From contig NC_057718.1 in NCBI RefSeq assembly GCF_004010195.1, positions 30,758,767-30,822,766 of the forward strand: a stretch of DNA of 64,000 bases, written 5' to 3'. The notes beneath the pieces were generated by a model. It was not told the origin of the DNA and did no database searches. It saw only the letters and a program-made list of their open reading frames with translations. This document shows positions 26,223 through 38,279 of the stretch, piece after piece; position 1 is the first letter of the stretch; every line of letters starts with the position of its first letter. A program made the position numbers and the translations under genes. This DNA is from Chiloscyllium plagiosum (taxonomy: Eukaryota).

Positions 26223-26355
26223 AAAGACCATGGAGAAAGTGAGTACAGCAGATGTTGGAGATCAGAGTCAAAAGCCCTTTTGCCCGAAATGTCAATTTTC
26301 CTGCTTCTCTGATGCTGCCTGACCTGCTGTGCTTTTCCAGTACCACACTCTTGAC
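26223..26355. mobile_element. Short Penelope-like terminal fragment with internal inversion, nested in the Gypsy element
   Basis: Forward GGAGAAAGTGAG..GATCAGAGTCAA is followed by an inverted copy of the adjoining segment (TTTGCCCGAAATGTCAATTTTCCTG...CTTGACT); flanked by TGGGA (26218-26222 and 26356-26360). Confidence 0.7.
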
Positions 26356-27772
26356 TGGGAGCAAATTGTGTCTGGTTCCTACTGGTCCAGAACCCATGCG
26401 TTCACCCTCTCCATCAAGTATTGAAGATACCTTGGATTCTGAGACAGACACAATGAACATCATCACCTCAATATCTTTGCCACCTGAAGAGGAGAATGAA
26501 TTTCTTCTGAAATGCACTGGGCACAAGACATAAGCTGCAATATGTTACATGCTCCCTGGATCAGCGGCAGAGTTGGAAGAACCTGACCTGGTGCTAAAAT
26601 GCCTCAGGAGGCGCTACAAACAAAAACCAGCCTATGTCCTCATTCTCAAAAGGGGATAGATGAGGTGATTATAATGACATCAGCCAGGTGGACCTCAGAG
26701 AATATGAGTTCCCTGAATGAGGCTGTTAATCTGGTTAGACCTCCTGTTTATGCTGAGAGCTGGGTCTGAATCGGTGTCAAGGACTTTCCACGTGTAAATA
26801 AGGGGTAATTTGGCAACAGGATATTGACCTTTGTGGAATTATTTCAATGTCCATACATCAGTTCAAAGGGAACACATCAGGTGGGCTCATGACAGGCATC
26901 CTTAATGGCAAGTAGTAACAAAGAGATTTCCTAATCCCAATCATTAGGACACTCTTGGCAATACACTCTAATCATAATCGTCAAAGTTTAGTGACATCTT
27001 TCCAATGCACCTTGAGATCATTGATGATGAGCGGAAGAGATATATTGTTTTATTTCCAATCTAGTTAATATTTCTTTGAATATTTGGGATATATAATTTG
27101 AACCTTAATCTGACTGTATTTCTTCAGATTATCCATATCCTGTAAAAATTGAACAAATATTTGCACTATCATTTTTGCAGTAACTTTTCCTTGAAATAAA
27201 GCATGGGTAATACTTCACCTTTTGAGATAAAATACTCAGGGCATCCAACAGTCTCATTTTTCTTGTTATTTTAAAAAGACAGAAAATGTCTGTCCTGAGC
27301 CATCTCTCCCCTTTTAATGAAATAAGTTTACTTTGTACTATTGCTACATCTTTAATATATACTTCATTTCCTGGTGGGCCCTTATTTGAAGACACAGTCA
27401 CTACACCTACTATCAATTTCATATCCTATTTAATGGATATGGCATGCCCAATTTTAGTAAAATTAAAAGATGTAACTTTCTTTGCATCAATTTGTGGTCC
27501 TAACCTTTCTCCTTTTATGACGCTCTTTCTGTTCTCTAAATCTAATACCTCTTGCATGTGTAGATTTTGTAAAATCTTTGGATTTCCACATGCCCATTTC
27601 TCCATCTGCAATTGCTTGCGTGAGTTATCCTAGGTACCTGCCAGAACTACTGTTTTTCTGGCAAGCAAAGATTTGATGAACATCTAAATAAGTTTATAAA
27701 TTTATAGGAATACTAGGTGGAATTTGATGGGGGCTTGAGTAATGTGGGCCACGGTGAAATGCGTGACAGAAT

Positions 27773-29948
27773 TGACCAGATCTAAAAGTTGAACTTCTAA
27801 ATTGGAGGAAGGCTAATTTTGACAGTATTAGGCAAGAACTTTCAAAAGCTGATTGGGGGCAGAAGCCTTCAAAAATGAAATAATGAGAGTCCAGAGACAG
27901 TATATTCCTGTTAGGGGGAAAGGAAAGGCTGTAGGTATAGGGAATGCTGGATGCTGGATGACTAAAGAAATTGAGGGTTTGGTTAAGAAAAAGAAGGAAG
28001 CATAAGTTAGGTATAGACAGGGGAGATCGAGTGAATCCATAGAGGAATATAAAGGCAGTTGGAGTATACTTAAGGGAGAAATCAGGAGGGCATAAAGGGA
28101 ACATGAGATAGCTTTGGCAAATAGGGTCAAGGAGAATCCAAAGGGTTTTTACAAATACATTAAGGACAAAAGGGTAACTGGGGAGAGAATAGGGCCCCTC
28201 AATGATCAGCAAGGGAGCCTTTGTATGGATCCGCAGGAGATGGAGGAGATACTAAACAAGTATTTTGCATCAGTGTTTACTGTGGAGAAGGACATGCAAG
28301 ATATACAATGTTGGGAAATAAATGGTGACATCTTGCAGAATGTTCATACTACAGAGGAGGAGGTGCTGGATGTCTTGAAACGCATAAAAGTGGATAAATT
28401 CCCTGGACCTAATCAGGTGTGCCCTAGAACTCTATGGGAAGGTAGGGAAGTGATTGCTGGGCCTCTTGCTGAGATATTTGTATCATCGATAGTCACAGGT
28501 GCACTGCCGGAAGACTGGAGGTTGGCTAACGTGGTGCCACTGTTTAAGAAAGGTGTTAAGGAAAAACCAGGGATCTATAGATTGGTGAGCCTGACGTCAG
28601 TGGTGGACAAGTTGTTGGAAGGAATCCTGAGGGAGGATTTACGTGTCTTTGGAAAGGCAAGGACTGATTAGGGACAGTCAGCCATGGCATTGTGCCTGGG
28701 AAATTGTCTCACGAACTTAATTGAGTTTTTTGAAGAAGTAACAAGGAAGATTGATGAGGGCAGAACAATGGATGTGATCTATATCAGTAAGGAATTTGAT
28801 AAGGTTCCACATGGTAGACTGGTTAGCAAGGTTAGATGTCATGGAATACAGGGAGAACTAGCAATTTGGATACAGAACTGATTCGCATGTAGAAGACAGA
28901 GGGTGGTGATGGAGGGTTGCTTTTCCGACTGGAGGCCTGTGATCATTGGTGTGTCACAAGGATTGGTGCTAGGTCCAAAAATGACTTTTTGTCATTTAAA
29001 TAAATGATTTGAATGTGAACATAGGAGGTAGAGTTAGTAAGTTTGCAGATGATACCAAAATTGGAGGTGTAGTGGACAACGAAGAAGGTAACCTCAGAGT
29101 ACAATGGGATCTTGATCAGATGGGTCACTGGACTGAGAAGTTTAATTTAGATAAATGTGAGGTGTTGCATTTTGGGAAAGCAAACTTAGGAGGACTTATG
29201 GTAAGGTCCTGGGGAGTGTTGCTGAACAAAGAGACCTTGGAGTGCAGGTTCATAGTTCCTTGAAAATGGAGTCGGAGGTAGATAAAATAATGAAGAAGGC
29301 ATTTGGTATGCTTTCCTTTATTGGTCAGTGCCTTGAGAATAGGAGTTGGGAGGTCATGTTGCAGCTGTACAGGACATTGGTTTGGCCACTTTTGGAATAT
29401 TGTGTGCAATCCTGGTCTCCTTCCTATCGGAAAGATGTTGTGTAACTTAAAAGGGTTCAGAAAAGATTTACAAGGATGTTGCCAGGGTTGGAGGATTTGA
29501 GCTACAGGGAGAGGCTGAACAGGCTGGGGCTGTTTTCCCTGGAGCGTCGGAGGCTGAGGGGTGACCTTATACAAGTTTATAAAATCATGAGCAGCATGGA
29601 TAGGATAAATAGACAAAGTCTTTTCCCTTCTTGGGAAAGTCCAGAACTAGAAGGCATAGGTTTATGGTGAGAGGGGAAAGATGTAAAAGAGATCAAAGAG
29701 TCAACTTTTTCACACCGAGGGTGGTGCGTGTAGGGAATGAGCTCCCAGAGGAGGTGGCGGAGGCTGGGACGATTACAGCATTTAAAAGGCTTCTGAATGG
29801 GTTTACGAATAGGAAGGGTTTAGAAGGGTATGGGCCGGGTCCTAGAAAATGGGATTGGATTAGGTTCGGATATCTAGTTGGCATGGACGAGTTGAACCAA
29901 AGGGTTTGTTTCCGTTCTGTACACCTCTATGACTCTCTATGACTCTAT
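27773..29948 (+). mobile_element. 5'-truncated HER1-type CR1 LINE
   Basis: KENPKGFYKYI, LNKYFASVFT, WRLANVVPLFKKG, SKFADDTK, LERRRLRGDLI; (CTATGACT)n-like tail. Confidence 0.95.
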
Positions 29949-31312
29949 ATTGTGGCTAACAAGAAGCAGAATGGCCTAAAACCTTGCTAATTATATTGGG
30001 ACTATGTATTTAAAATTGTTGCAAATTTTAAACCAATGTAGTTTCTAATACAGTGTGATCATAAATATTAAAATCAGATGGATATTTGGTTGCAGTCGAA
30101 AGCATCCTTGATATCCCAAATATACCTTAGCCCTAACCCCAGAACACCTCTTATTTTGTTTCAGTCCTGAGGACTACCTTAACATGTAGGTTTGAAGATA
30201 TTTATTTTAATTGCACAATAGAAATTCCATTTTTCAGGTCTTTTTGTGTCCTCTATTACATTTTCTTTTGTTTGGAAATGTACAGCAAGGCTGAGTGATA
30301 ACAGCAGCAAATATCTGTGAAGCTAAAGGCAATGATAATGCATTCAGTCTGGAGAACCTGCAACTATGTTGCCTCCGTAAAACAACTTCCTTCATTTTCA
30401 GTGGAAATGTAGCAAAGACCTAATGGAACTGGTGACAAAAAAAATTCTGAATAATGCACTTTCCTTGAATTAAATATACTACTATGTTGAAATGAACATG
30501 AATTCTCATTGTAAATGTCTTATGTTTAACCATTAGCCGCATACCTCACACACATGTATCCACATTGGCCTAGATTTTCAGCACATCAAGAGGATGGTGA
30601 AATGTGTTCATGTGAGAAGATTCACTCTGAACCTGGCTGATTTCCAGTCTTGAAGCCATGTGCACAATCCTAGTGGAAACACTGATTCCATCAAGGGATT
30701 GGCTGAGATTAATGACAGCATTTATTGCTCACTACAACATTGCTGCTATGTATTTTAAATTCTTAAAATATTTGCTGCTATAATTCCTTGAATGATTGGT
30801 CACGTAACTCCCATAGATGTTTAGACTATTAAGAATTTAAAAAGTCTATACAGACCGTCACTGTTAAAGCCATATATGGAATCACATTTGTTGGTAAAAG
30901 CATTTGTAAGCCAGAAATTCATATATCATGGACTCTCTTACTGTCTATACTGTTTATACCAGCGAAATTCCATACTGTGTCCAATGTTTTTGTAGGTTAA
31001 ATGGTAGAAGATACATCAGGTAATGTATTTTAATTGTTTCAACATCATAGTAATATAATCACCTTGTTACAACCAGACAAGAAGAGTTAATTTAGCTTCC
31101 TTTTCCTTAACCCTTCTCAGCCAATGGTATTGTCTTTGATATATGGCTATTACACATTAATTAAGATGTCGCGGTGATCAAAATTAAAGTTTTCTCAAAT
31201 AAAAGAAGGAAGAATTGTATTACTTACTAACCCTGAGAAAAGTAATAAAATACAACATCAAAAACGTAAGGGAAACTTTTTCAGCAGATTGAACAGCTAA
31301 ACACTGAGCATC

Positions 31313-31655
31313 TGAAATAACACCACAGAGGCCAGTAACCTGTCATCAAGTCCTCCTTTATTTATACGTGGAGAGTCCTTGTCACTGATCCAGCCCCCTC
31401 AGAGCCAGCTGTCAGAGGTGTGTTGGATGCTCAATACTCCTGTTATTTTTTTTCTTTTTATATTTTTTCTTTTTTTTTTTGTTTCTTTTTTTTTCACCCC
31501 CACGCTACCACCTAAGTGCAGTGGTGCTTATTTTTTCCAATACTCCTGTTCTTAGTTGTTAGCCAGGCCTCCCTGATTGGACCAGATTAATAGCCCCAAA
31601 CAAGGAACTCATATTCCATGAGTTCCACCTGGCTGACCTCATTAGAATCACTAAA
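31313..31655 (-). mobile_element. Solo LTR of the same Gypsy family as 21677-26846
   Basis: Reverse complement matches both LTRs (CAGCCAGGTGG, TTAATCTGGTCCAATCAGGGAG, AAATAAAG, TTATTTCA); 4-bp TSD CATC at 31309-31312 and 31656-31659. Confidence 0.88.
31445..31537 (-). mobile_element. Extremely 5'-truncated poly(A) retrocopy (L1/Tx1-type 3' end) inside the solo LTR
   Basis: Minus strand: about 42 nt GAAAAAATAAGCACCACTGCACTTAGGTGGTAGCGTGGGG.. then an A-rich tail of about 50 nt; 13-bp TSD CAATACTCCTGTT (31432-31444 and 31538-31550). Confidence 0.8.
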
Positions 31656-32104
31656 CATCCATGAAGTGTTGTGGGTGTTCAGCAGAGCAGAACTGTGTTC
31701 CAACACAGCCTGCAAACTCATGGCCAAATCCTCCACTCTACCAGTACCAGCAAGCCAGAGGATTGGCACTGGTTCATAAAACAGTGGAGAATGGCATGCC
31801 AGGAACAGCACCAAATATATTTAAAATAAGTTGAGAGATGATCTCACTCTCTTTGGAGGTGTTATACATTGATACATAGACTGAGGAGTAATTTCCTATC
31901 ATAGTTACTTCAATAGGTTTTAAGCAGAATGTATGCTTCCAAATCACACAAATATCTTTCCCTGTGGTCTCCCTGTTTTTCACTTTCCTTTTTCCTTACA
32001 TCAAGCTGTTGGATTTCTCCCTCTCTTGTCTCTCATTCCGCATTGAAACTCTGAGGACTTTGGCTCATCCTTAGTTGATGGTGATATGTTCAATTACAGC
32101 AACT

Positions 32105-32663
32105 ATTTGTATCATCGATAGTCACAGGTAAGGTGCTGGAAGACTGGAGGTTGGCTAATGTGATGCCATTATTTAAGAAAGGTGGTAAGGAAAAGACAGG
32201 GGACTATAGACCAGTGACCCTGACATCGGTGGTGGGCATGTTGTTGGAGGGAATCCTGAGGGACAGGGTGTACATGTATTTGGAAAGGCAAGGACTGATT
32301 AGGGATAGTCAACATGGCTTTATACAGGGGAAATCATGTCTCACAAACTTGATTGAGTTTTTTGAGGAAGTAACAAAGAGGATTGATGAGGCAGAGCAGT
32401 AGATGTGATATATATGGACTTCAGTAAGGCGTTCGACAAGGTTCCCCATGGGAGACTGATTAGCAAGGTTAGATCTCACGGAATACAGGGAGAACTCGCC
32501 ATTTGGATACAGAACTGGCTCAAAGATAGAAGACAGAGGGTGGTGGTGGAGGATTGTTTTTCAAACTGGATGTCTGTGACCAGTGGAGTGCCACAAGGAT
32601 TGGTGCTGAGTCCACTTCTTTTTGTCATTTATATAAATGATTTGGATGTGAGCATAAGAGGTA
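32105..32663 (+). mobile_element. CR1 RT fragment, truncated on the 3' side by nested insertions
   Basis: DYRPVTLTS, QHGFIQGKSCLTNL, YMDFSKAFDKVPH, GVPQGLVLSPLLF. Confidence 0.93.
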
Positions 32664-32665
32664 TA

Positions 32666-32707
32666 CAGAGGAACCTCGATTATCTGAATACCAATTATCT
32701 GAAAATT
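32666..32707 (+). mobile_element. Tc1/mariner pogo/Tigger-type terminal inverted repeat fragment
   Basis: TA followed by CAGAGGAACCTCGATTATCTGAA...ATTATCTGAA, resembling the Tigger-like CAGTAGAACCTCGATTATCCGAA terminus. Confidence 0.55.
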
Positions 32708-33525
32708 GGTCATGTCTTTTTGTGGCGAGTTGGTGTTCATGTATCCTGGTAACTAGTTTTCTGCCTGTGTGTCCAATGTGATGTTTGTTACAGTCCTTGC
32801 ACGGTATTTTGTAAATGACATTTTTGCTTGTTGTCTGTATAGGGTCTTTCAAGTTCATTAGCTGCTGTTTAAGTGTGTTGGTGGGTTTTGGGCTACCATA
32901 ATGCCGAGGTGTCTGAGTAGTCTGGCAGTCATTTCCGAGATGTCTTTGATGTAGGGGAGAGTGGCTAGGGTTTCTGGACGCGTTTTGTCTGCTTGTTTGG
33001 GTTTGTTGCTGAGAAATTGGCTGACTGTGTTCATTGGATACCCATTCTTTTTGAATACACGGTATAGGTGTATGAACACCAACTAGCCACAAGAAGACAT
33101 GGCCCTCTCTCACTAGTATCCTCACATACAGATGAGGAAGGACACCACTTCGACTGGGACAACATATCCATCCTAGAACAAGCCAAACAAAGACATGCAT
33201 GAGAATTCCTAGAAGCATGGCATTCCAACCGGAACGCTATCAACAAACGCATTGAGTTAGATCCCATCTACTACCCCCGAGAAAAGGAACAGGAAGTGAC
33301 TTCACCACAGGAAATAACATCATCACAGGAAATGACATCACCAACCCAAAGAAATCCAAACATATAAACAGAAAGCAGGAATTTTCAGCAGTGCTTCGCC
33401 TGAGGCCCACTGAAGATGTTACCTAGTAGGGTGATGAAATGTGTAGAAATGAACCTTAAAGCTCAGCGAGCAAACCTACATTCAAAACCTCAACCTGAGC
33501 TACTCAGCTTCTCAAAACTCGCTAC
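32708..33525. mobile_element. Penelope-like element (GIY-YIG region) with inverted 5' segment and 3' hammerhead motif
   Basis: Minus 33070-32710: FKKNGYP..LPYIKDISE..VIYKIPCKDCNKHHIGHTGRKLVTRIHEH. Plus from ~33073: EHQLATRRH..HHFDWDNISIL..EFLEAWHS. CTGAAGA-stem-GAAA at 33410-33439. Confidence 0.9.
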
Positions 33526-34901
33526 TTAAAATATGTTTACTCACTCTTTGGGCCACAATAACCATTTTGTCAAGTAGTTGTACATGTCTGCGACCTGTTC
33601 TTTAGTGCATTTTAATCATGCATTCTTTCATGTCAATTGCTTCAGGTGTAGCAATCACTTCTGCATGCTTTCATCGGTATTCCAGGATCATGCCATGCAT
33701 TCTTCACTTGCAGATGATCTTTCAAAAAATCAAAAGTAAGAGTCAAGACATGTGTATCCTTCCCTCTTGGTCCTAAGGTTCCAGCTGATGGCCAAATCAT
33801 CCAATTCAGTTCCTTTAAAAAAAACTCTCATAAGTAAGGACACAAATATCTCAAGTGAAAATTGTCAATAATTAATCTCATTTACAGTTCCCTTTCACTT
33901 GATAAGATTCCATTTAATTATGCCTAAGATGCGTTATCCCCATTGCCAGTGTCACTGGGATGACAGGTTTTTATTGTGGTCAAATAATTTCTTCTTAAAC
34001 AATCCTTCCCATTTTTTAAATATATATTAAAACCCCTAGGCTTTTGTTTAAATTAAAATGTCAAAAATTTAAATTTATGTTTCCCCTTAGACATCAATTA
34101 AATTTCTCATTGCGTGCTTGAAGTAACAACCTGTATCAAGATATTTTATCAATCCCAATGATGGAAACAATTATGGTCATTTTAAATGGTGTGTTTATAT
34201 TGCGGGCACAAATAATCAAAGCCAATTTAATGTCCGCCTGTTCTCAAATAATGTCTGAGTAAAATTCCTGTGTTCCTGGCTTAGTTCTTGAAACCTGTTT
34301 GAAAACACAAAAATAAAATCCACTTTGGCTCAAGAAGAAGCTTAATGGGTTAAAAGTGCCCAAGCGTGTGTAAATTTAGAAATGTTCACTATTTAGTCCT
34401 GTCCAAATCACACACCTAAAAACCTGGAACACAGAGGATACATTTTTTTTAAAAGCTGTTAGCAGGAAGTTAATTCTCTGCAAGTCTGAGAAGGACAGGA
34501 TCCATACAACCAGGTGACGTCATGTTGTAATTTTACATGTTTTGTTTTAAGAAACTGTCTAAATCATCTGATAATTTCACTTAACAAAAATATTTTGTCT
34601 TAAAGAAAACCTCTTTTTTAAGTGCTCTCTTAAGACCACCCTCAAAAACCAACACAATTATACAGACAAAATATTATCCATTCCAAATTTTGAGTTCAAT
34701 TTGGATATTTTCCAAAATGCAGCCTATCTATATGCTTTGAGAAGCAGCTTCCCACAGCATAGGTTTTTTTAAAAAATCATAATTGAAAACTCAGGTTTGT
34801 GCCACTTACTTGTTGCTAGCGATTCTACCTATGTTCAACTCAATGACTAGATGCCCCTGTACTGAACCCTGTCAAGACTTGTGGTGAGTCTTTAATGGAG
34901 T

Positions 34902-35204
34902 ATTAGATTATCTACAGTATGGAAACAGGCCCTTCAACCCAACAAGTCCACACCGCACCTCCGAAGACTAACTCACCCAGACCCATTCCCACCTGACTAG
35001 TGCACCTAAGACTATGGGCAACTTAGCATGGCCAATTCACCCAAACTGCACATCTTTGAATTGTGAGAGGAAACCAGACCAAACCCATGCAGACACAGGG
35101 AGATTGTGCAAACTCCACATTGACCGTCGCCCAAGGCGGGAATCAAACTCAGGCCCCTAACGCTGTGAGACAGCGGTGCTAACCACTGAGCAACCGTGCC
35201 GCCC
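34902..35204 (-). mobile_element. HE1-type V-SINE
   Basis: Minus-strand tRNA head GGGCGGCACGGTTGCTCAGTGGTTAGCAC, V-domain remnants, and a CR1-like tail. Confidence 0.9.
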
Positions 35205-35289
35205 ATTGGCAGGGATACGAGATAATGGTTATGGGGAACATTAATTACTAAACTACTGGTCTCTTACAACCATTGTATTAGGCAGAAGA

Positions 35290-35750
35290 TGCCACTCTTC
35301 TGTCCACTCCCATTGTCAACAGCCCCACACGACCACCACAACTTCCATGACATTTATGTGGTTGCGGTCAGTTCACTCATCCAGACTGGCTGCAAGGACC
35401 TCATATCTATTGGACAAGGGCACTGATTGCGGTTCGTACAAAGATAAATTCTGTATTCCAACACCTGCCTCACACACAGTCACAACTTCCTGTCTTTGAC
35501 CATTGACCGAAGTTAATGTTATTAATATAAATGGTGTGACCGTCTCATGAAAAGCTGTACCCAGGTAACTCTCCCCCTTCTTGATATATTGCAGCAACCC
35601 AGCTCAGATTCTTGCTTATAAACTCTGAGCCAAATTTCTTCAATGAACCAATGTTGCAAATATGGATACTGTGGGTCGTGCCAGGGTCCACTAGTTTTCA
35701 TATACTACAGATGCAGCACATCTCCTGGACAGCTACCTCTGTTATATTTA
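35290..35750 (-). mobile_element. CR1 ORF1 N-terminal fragment
   Basis: VPLSNRYEVLA motif typical of CR1 ORF1 upstream of the esterase; Cys-rich start (MCCIC) near 35720. Confidence 0.65.
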
Positions 35751-36223
35751 CTTAATTAATTTGTATGTTAAATATTTTAAAAATGAATTTTCTAACTTTA
35801 CTTTTCAGCTGTATTAATCTTCCACCAATTTAAACTACTTGGCCAATTCTAACAGACACAGATGAAATTCTGACTAATCATCTACCTGTTTTCCTGTCAT
35901 GTTACTATTCAGCTCTGACAGGTAGAAGCAGTTTCAACAGCTTCTCCACTGCCAGTTTTTATCTCCTGTCACTGCCATCCTTCTCACAGACGTTCACTCT
36001 CATGGTCTATTTTAGAGTCACGCTGACTTGTTGCACACTCCTCCCTGTCAAGATGTGGCGTTACCCCACCATGTGGCATATATGGTATGCCCGGAAAAGT
36101 GTGACTACATAATTATGAAATCCTGACCAACAAAAATATTTTAATCTTATAGCTTGTGATTTCCTAGTAGCTAAGTGGCCTGCTATCATGAACCACTCAA
36201 AAGTGTATTACAAAACATCACTT

Positions 36224-37020
36224 AGTCACAGAGTCGTAGAGATATATAGCATGGAAACAGACCCTTTGGTCCAACTCGTCCATGCTGACCAGATATCCCA
36301 ACCCAATCTAGTCCTACCTGCTAGCACCCGGCTCATATCCCTCCAAACCCGTCCTATTCAAATACCCATCCAGATGCCTTTTAGATGTTGCAATTGTACT
36401 CGCCTCCACCACTTCCTCTGGCAGCTCATTCCATAAACGTACTACCCTCTGCGTGAAAAAGTTGCCCCTTAGGTCTCTTTTATATCTTTGCCCATTCATT
36501 CTTAAACCTATGCCCTCTAGTTCTGGATACCCTACCCCAGGGAAAAAACTTTGTCTATTTATCCTATCCATGATTTTATAAACCTCTATAAGGTCACCCC
36601 TCAGCCTCTGATGGTCCAGGGAAAACAGTCCCAGTCTATTCAACCTCTCTCTATAACTCAAATCCTCCAACCCTGGCAACATCCTTGTAAGTCTTTTCTG
36701 AACCCTTTCAAGTTTCACAACATATTTCTGATAGGAAGAAGACCAGAATTGAACGCAATATTCCAACAGTGGCCTAACCAATGTCCTATACAGCCGCAAC
36801 ATGACCTCCCAACTCCTGTACTCAATACTCTGACCAATAAAGGAAAGCATACCAAACACCTTCTTCACTATCCTATCTACCTGTAACTCCACTTTCAAGG
36901 AGCTATGAACCTGCACTCCAAGGTCTCTTTGTTCAGCCACACTCCCTCTGACCTTTCCATAAAGTGTATAAGTCCTGCTAAGATTTGCTTTCCCAAAATA
37001 CAGCACCTCGCATTTATCTG
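36224..37020 (-). mobile_element. HER1-type CR1 3' fragment
   Basis: ORF 36314-37051: KCEVLYFG, LYRTLVRPLLEYCVQFW, LRGDLIEVYKI, FFTQRVVRLWNELP; tail AGTCACAGAGTCGTAGAG. Confidence 0.95.
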
Positions 37021-37084
37021 CCACTCCCCAACTTGATGGGTCATTGTTCATTCATCTTCAGCTGGAATTTGAAAGAGTTTCCAT

Positions 37085-38270
37085 TTCCTTTGAGATAGAA
37101 TAGATAGGATCTCCGGTGGTGTGATTCCATTTGTGTATATTTGTAGAAGAATTTTATGGCAGTTTTGAATCATCACTCCGTTCTAAGGAAACATGTTGAC
37201 TTTGTAATATCACTACAGTTTTAACACCTATATCATTTCTGAGTCCTCTTGTTCCGAAAATTCCCTTAACATTCTTATTACTGCAATAGGTCTCCCATTT
37301 AAGTTCCACAAATAGGCTTTTAGATGTCCAGCCTTATTGCAATAGAAACATGTAAAGACCTTTCAGTCACGTTTTGGTTCCACCTTTTCTCCTTTATTAC
37401 TTTGGTGTTCTTCTTTCTATTCTATAAAACTACTTCTTTGGTCTAGGCTGTTTCATGGCCAAGTAACTGACTCTATTTTCCTGATTTCTTTGGAATTCAA
37501 GTTTTATAAACAAATTCTATCGACTTCATTTTCTCTCTTTCATTTAATTTGTATCTTTTCATTTCTCTTTCTCTCCCTAAGTCCAGTTTCTTTATTTCTG
37601 ATTGTATTGTAGATAGTTGCAGGTGTGAATCCCAATTTCAGGTTTCCTTCCTTCTAATTCTAAATGTTGGATAATCTTTTGAACTATCCTTACGAAATTC
37701 TGATTATTTTGTCTATCTTCAATTTATCTGCTGACTGACTCAAATTAGCTTTGGTCAAAGATTTTAAATAATGCACTGTCATATCTTCCATTTCCTGAAA
37801 ACTCTGAGCAACATTCAAAACCATCTTCAAATTCCATGCAACACACTTTACCACAATACGGCTTTTTAGTTTCCAGAATCACATGACCCATTATTCTAAA
37901 AAGAAAGGTACATATCCTTCCTAAACCCAGTGAATTCACCACTAACCATGATTCCCCCATTTGGCATGATCCCAGCTGATGTTATTAGTGGATAAATCAG
38001 ATTCCAGATTGAAATTGGACTTGAAATATCATATTTTGGTTATTTTATTAGTTTTATTAACATGTTCTTTCACTGAAACACAAACATGCAATGCCTCAGA
38101 TTTGGTTTAATCAGCAAAGCATGTGTTTATTACAGAAAACAAATGAAGATAAACTAGAATAAACTATTTTTATATCTAACACGGGTATAAAAATTTTGAA
38201 ACGTGAAATATAATCCTATTAACCCATAGAACACCTCTTCACAGTACTCACACCAGACAGAATTCCCTTC
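37085..38270 (-). mobile_element. LTR retrotransposon relic: gag zinc knuckle plus LTR-like segment (~37965-38270)
   Basis: Minus ~37357-37308 reads VFTCFYCNKAGHLKAY (degenerate CX2CX4HX4C). Confidence 0.55.
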
Positions 38271-38279
38271 TCCATCACA

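Larger units (their letters stand above)
21677..26846 (+). mobile_element. Decayed full-length Gypsy/Ty3 LTR retrotransposon (5' LTR ~21677-21850, gag-pol, polypurine tract, 3' LTR 26661-26846)
   Basis: LTRs share TTAATCTGGT and GTGTCAAGGACTTTCCAYGTGTAAATAA...TTTGTGGARTTATTT; the 3' LTR runs TG...CA and is preceded by purine tract AAAAGGGGATAGA. Protease MEVDTS (~22985), RT KVEAEIRRLQSEGII..WAALIV..LCGDF, integrase WTWLHVDYPGPF and VTDNGQSFTSREF..NGLAERAV; many stops. Confidence 0.92.
31065..32100. mobile_element. Possible older LTR (TGTTAC start) hosting the solo LTR below
   Basis: Starts TGTTACAACCAGAC and has LTR-like composition; continues on both sides of the 31313-31655 insertion. Boundaries uncertain. 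Confidence 0.3.

Noticed and set aside
36314..37051. 245-aa ORF
   Set aside because: C-terminus of a 5'-truncated CR1 ORF2; the start codon comes from flanking DNA.
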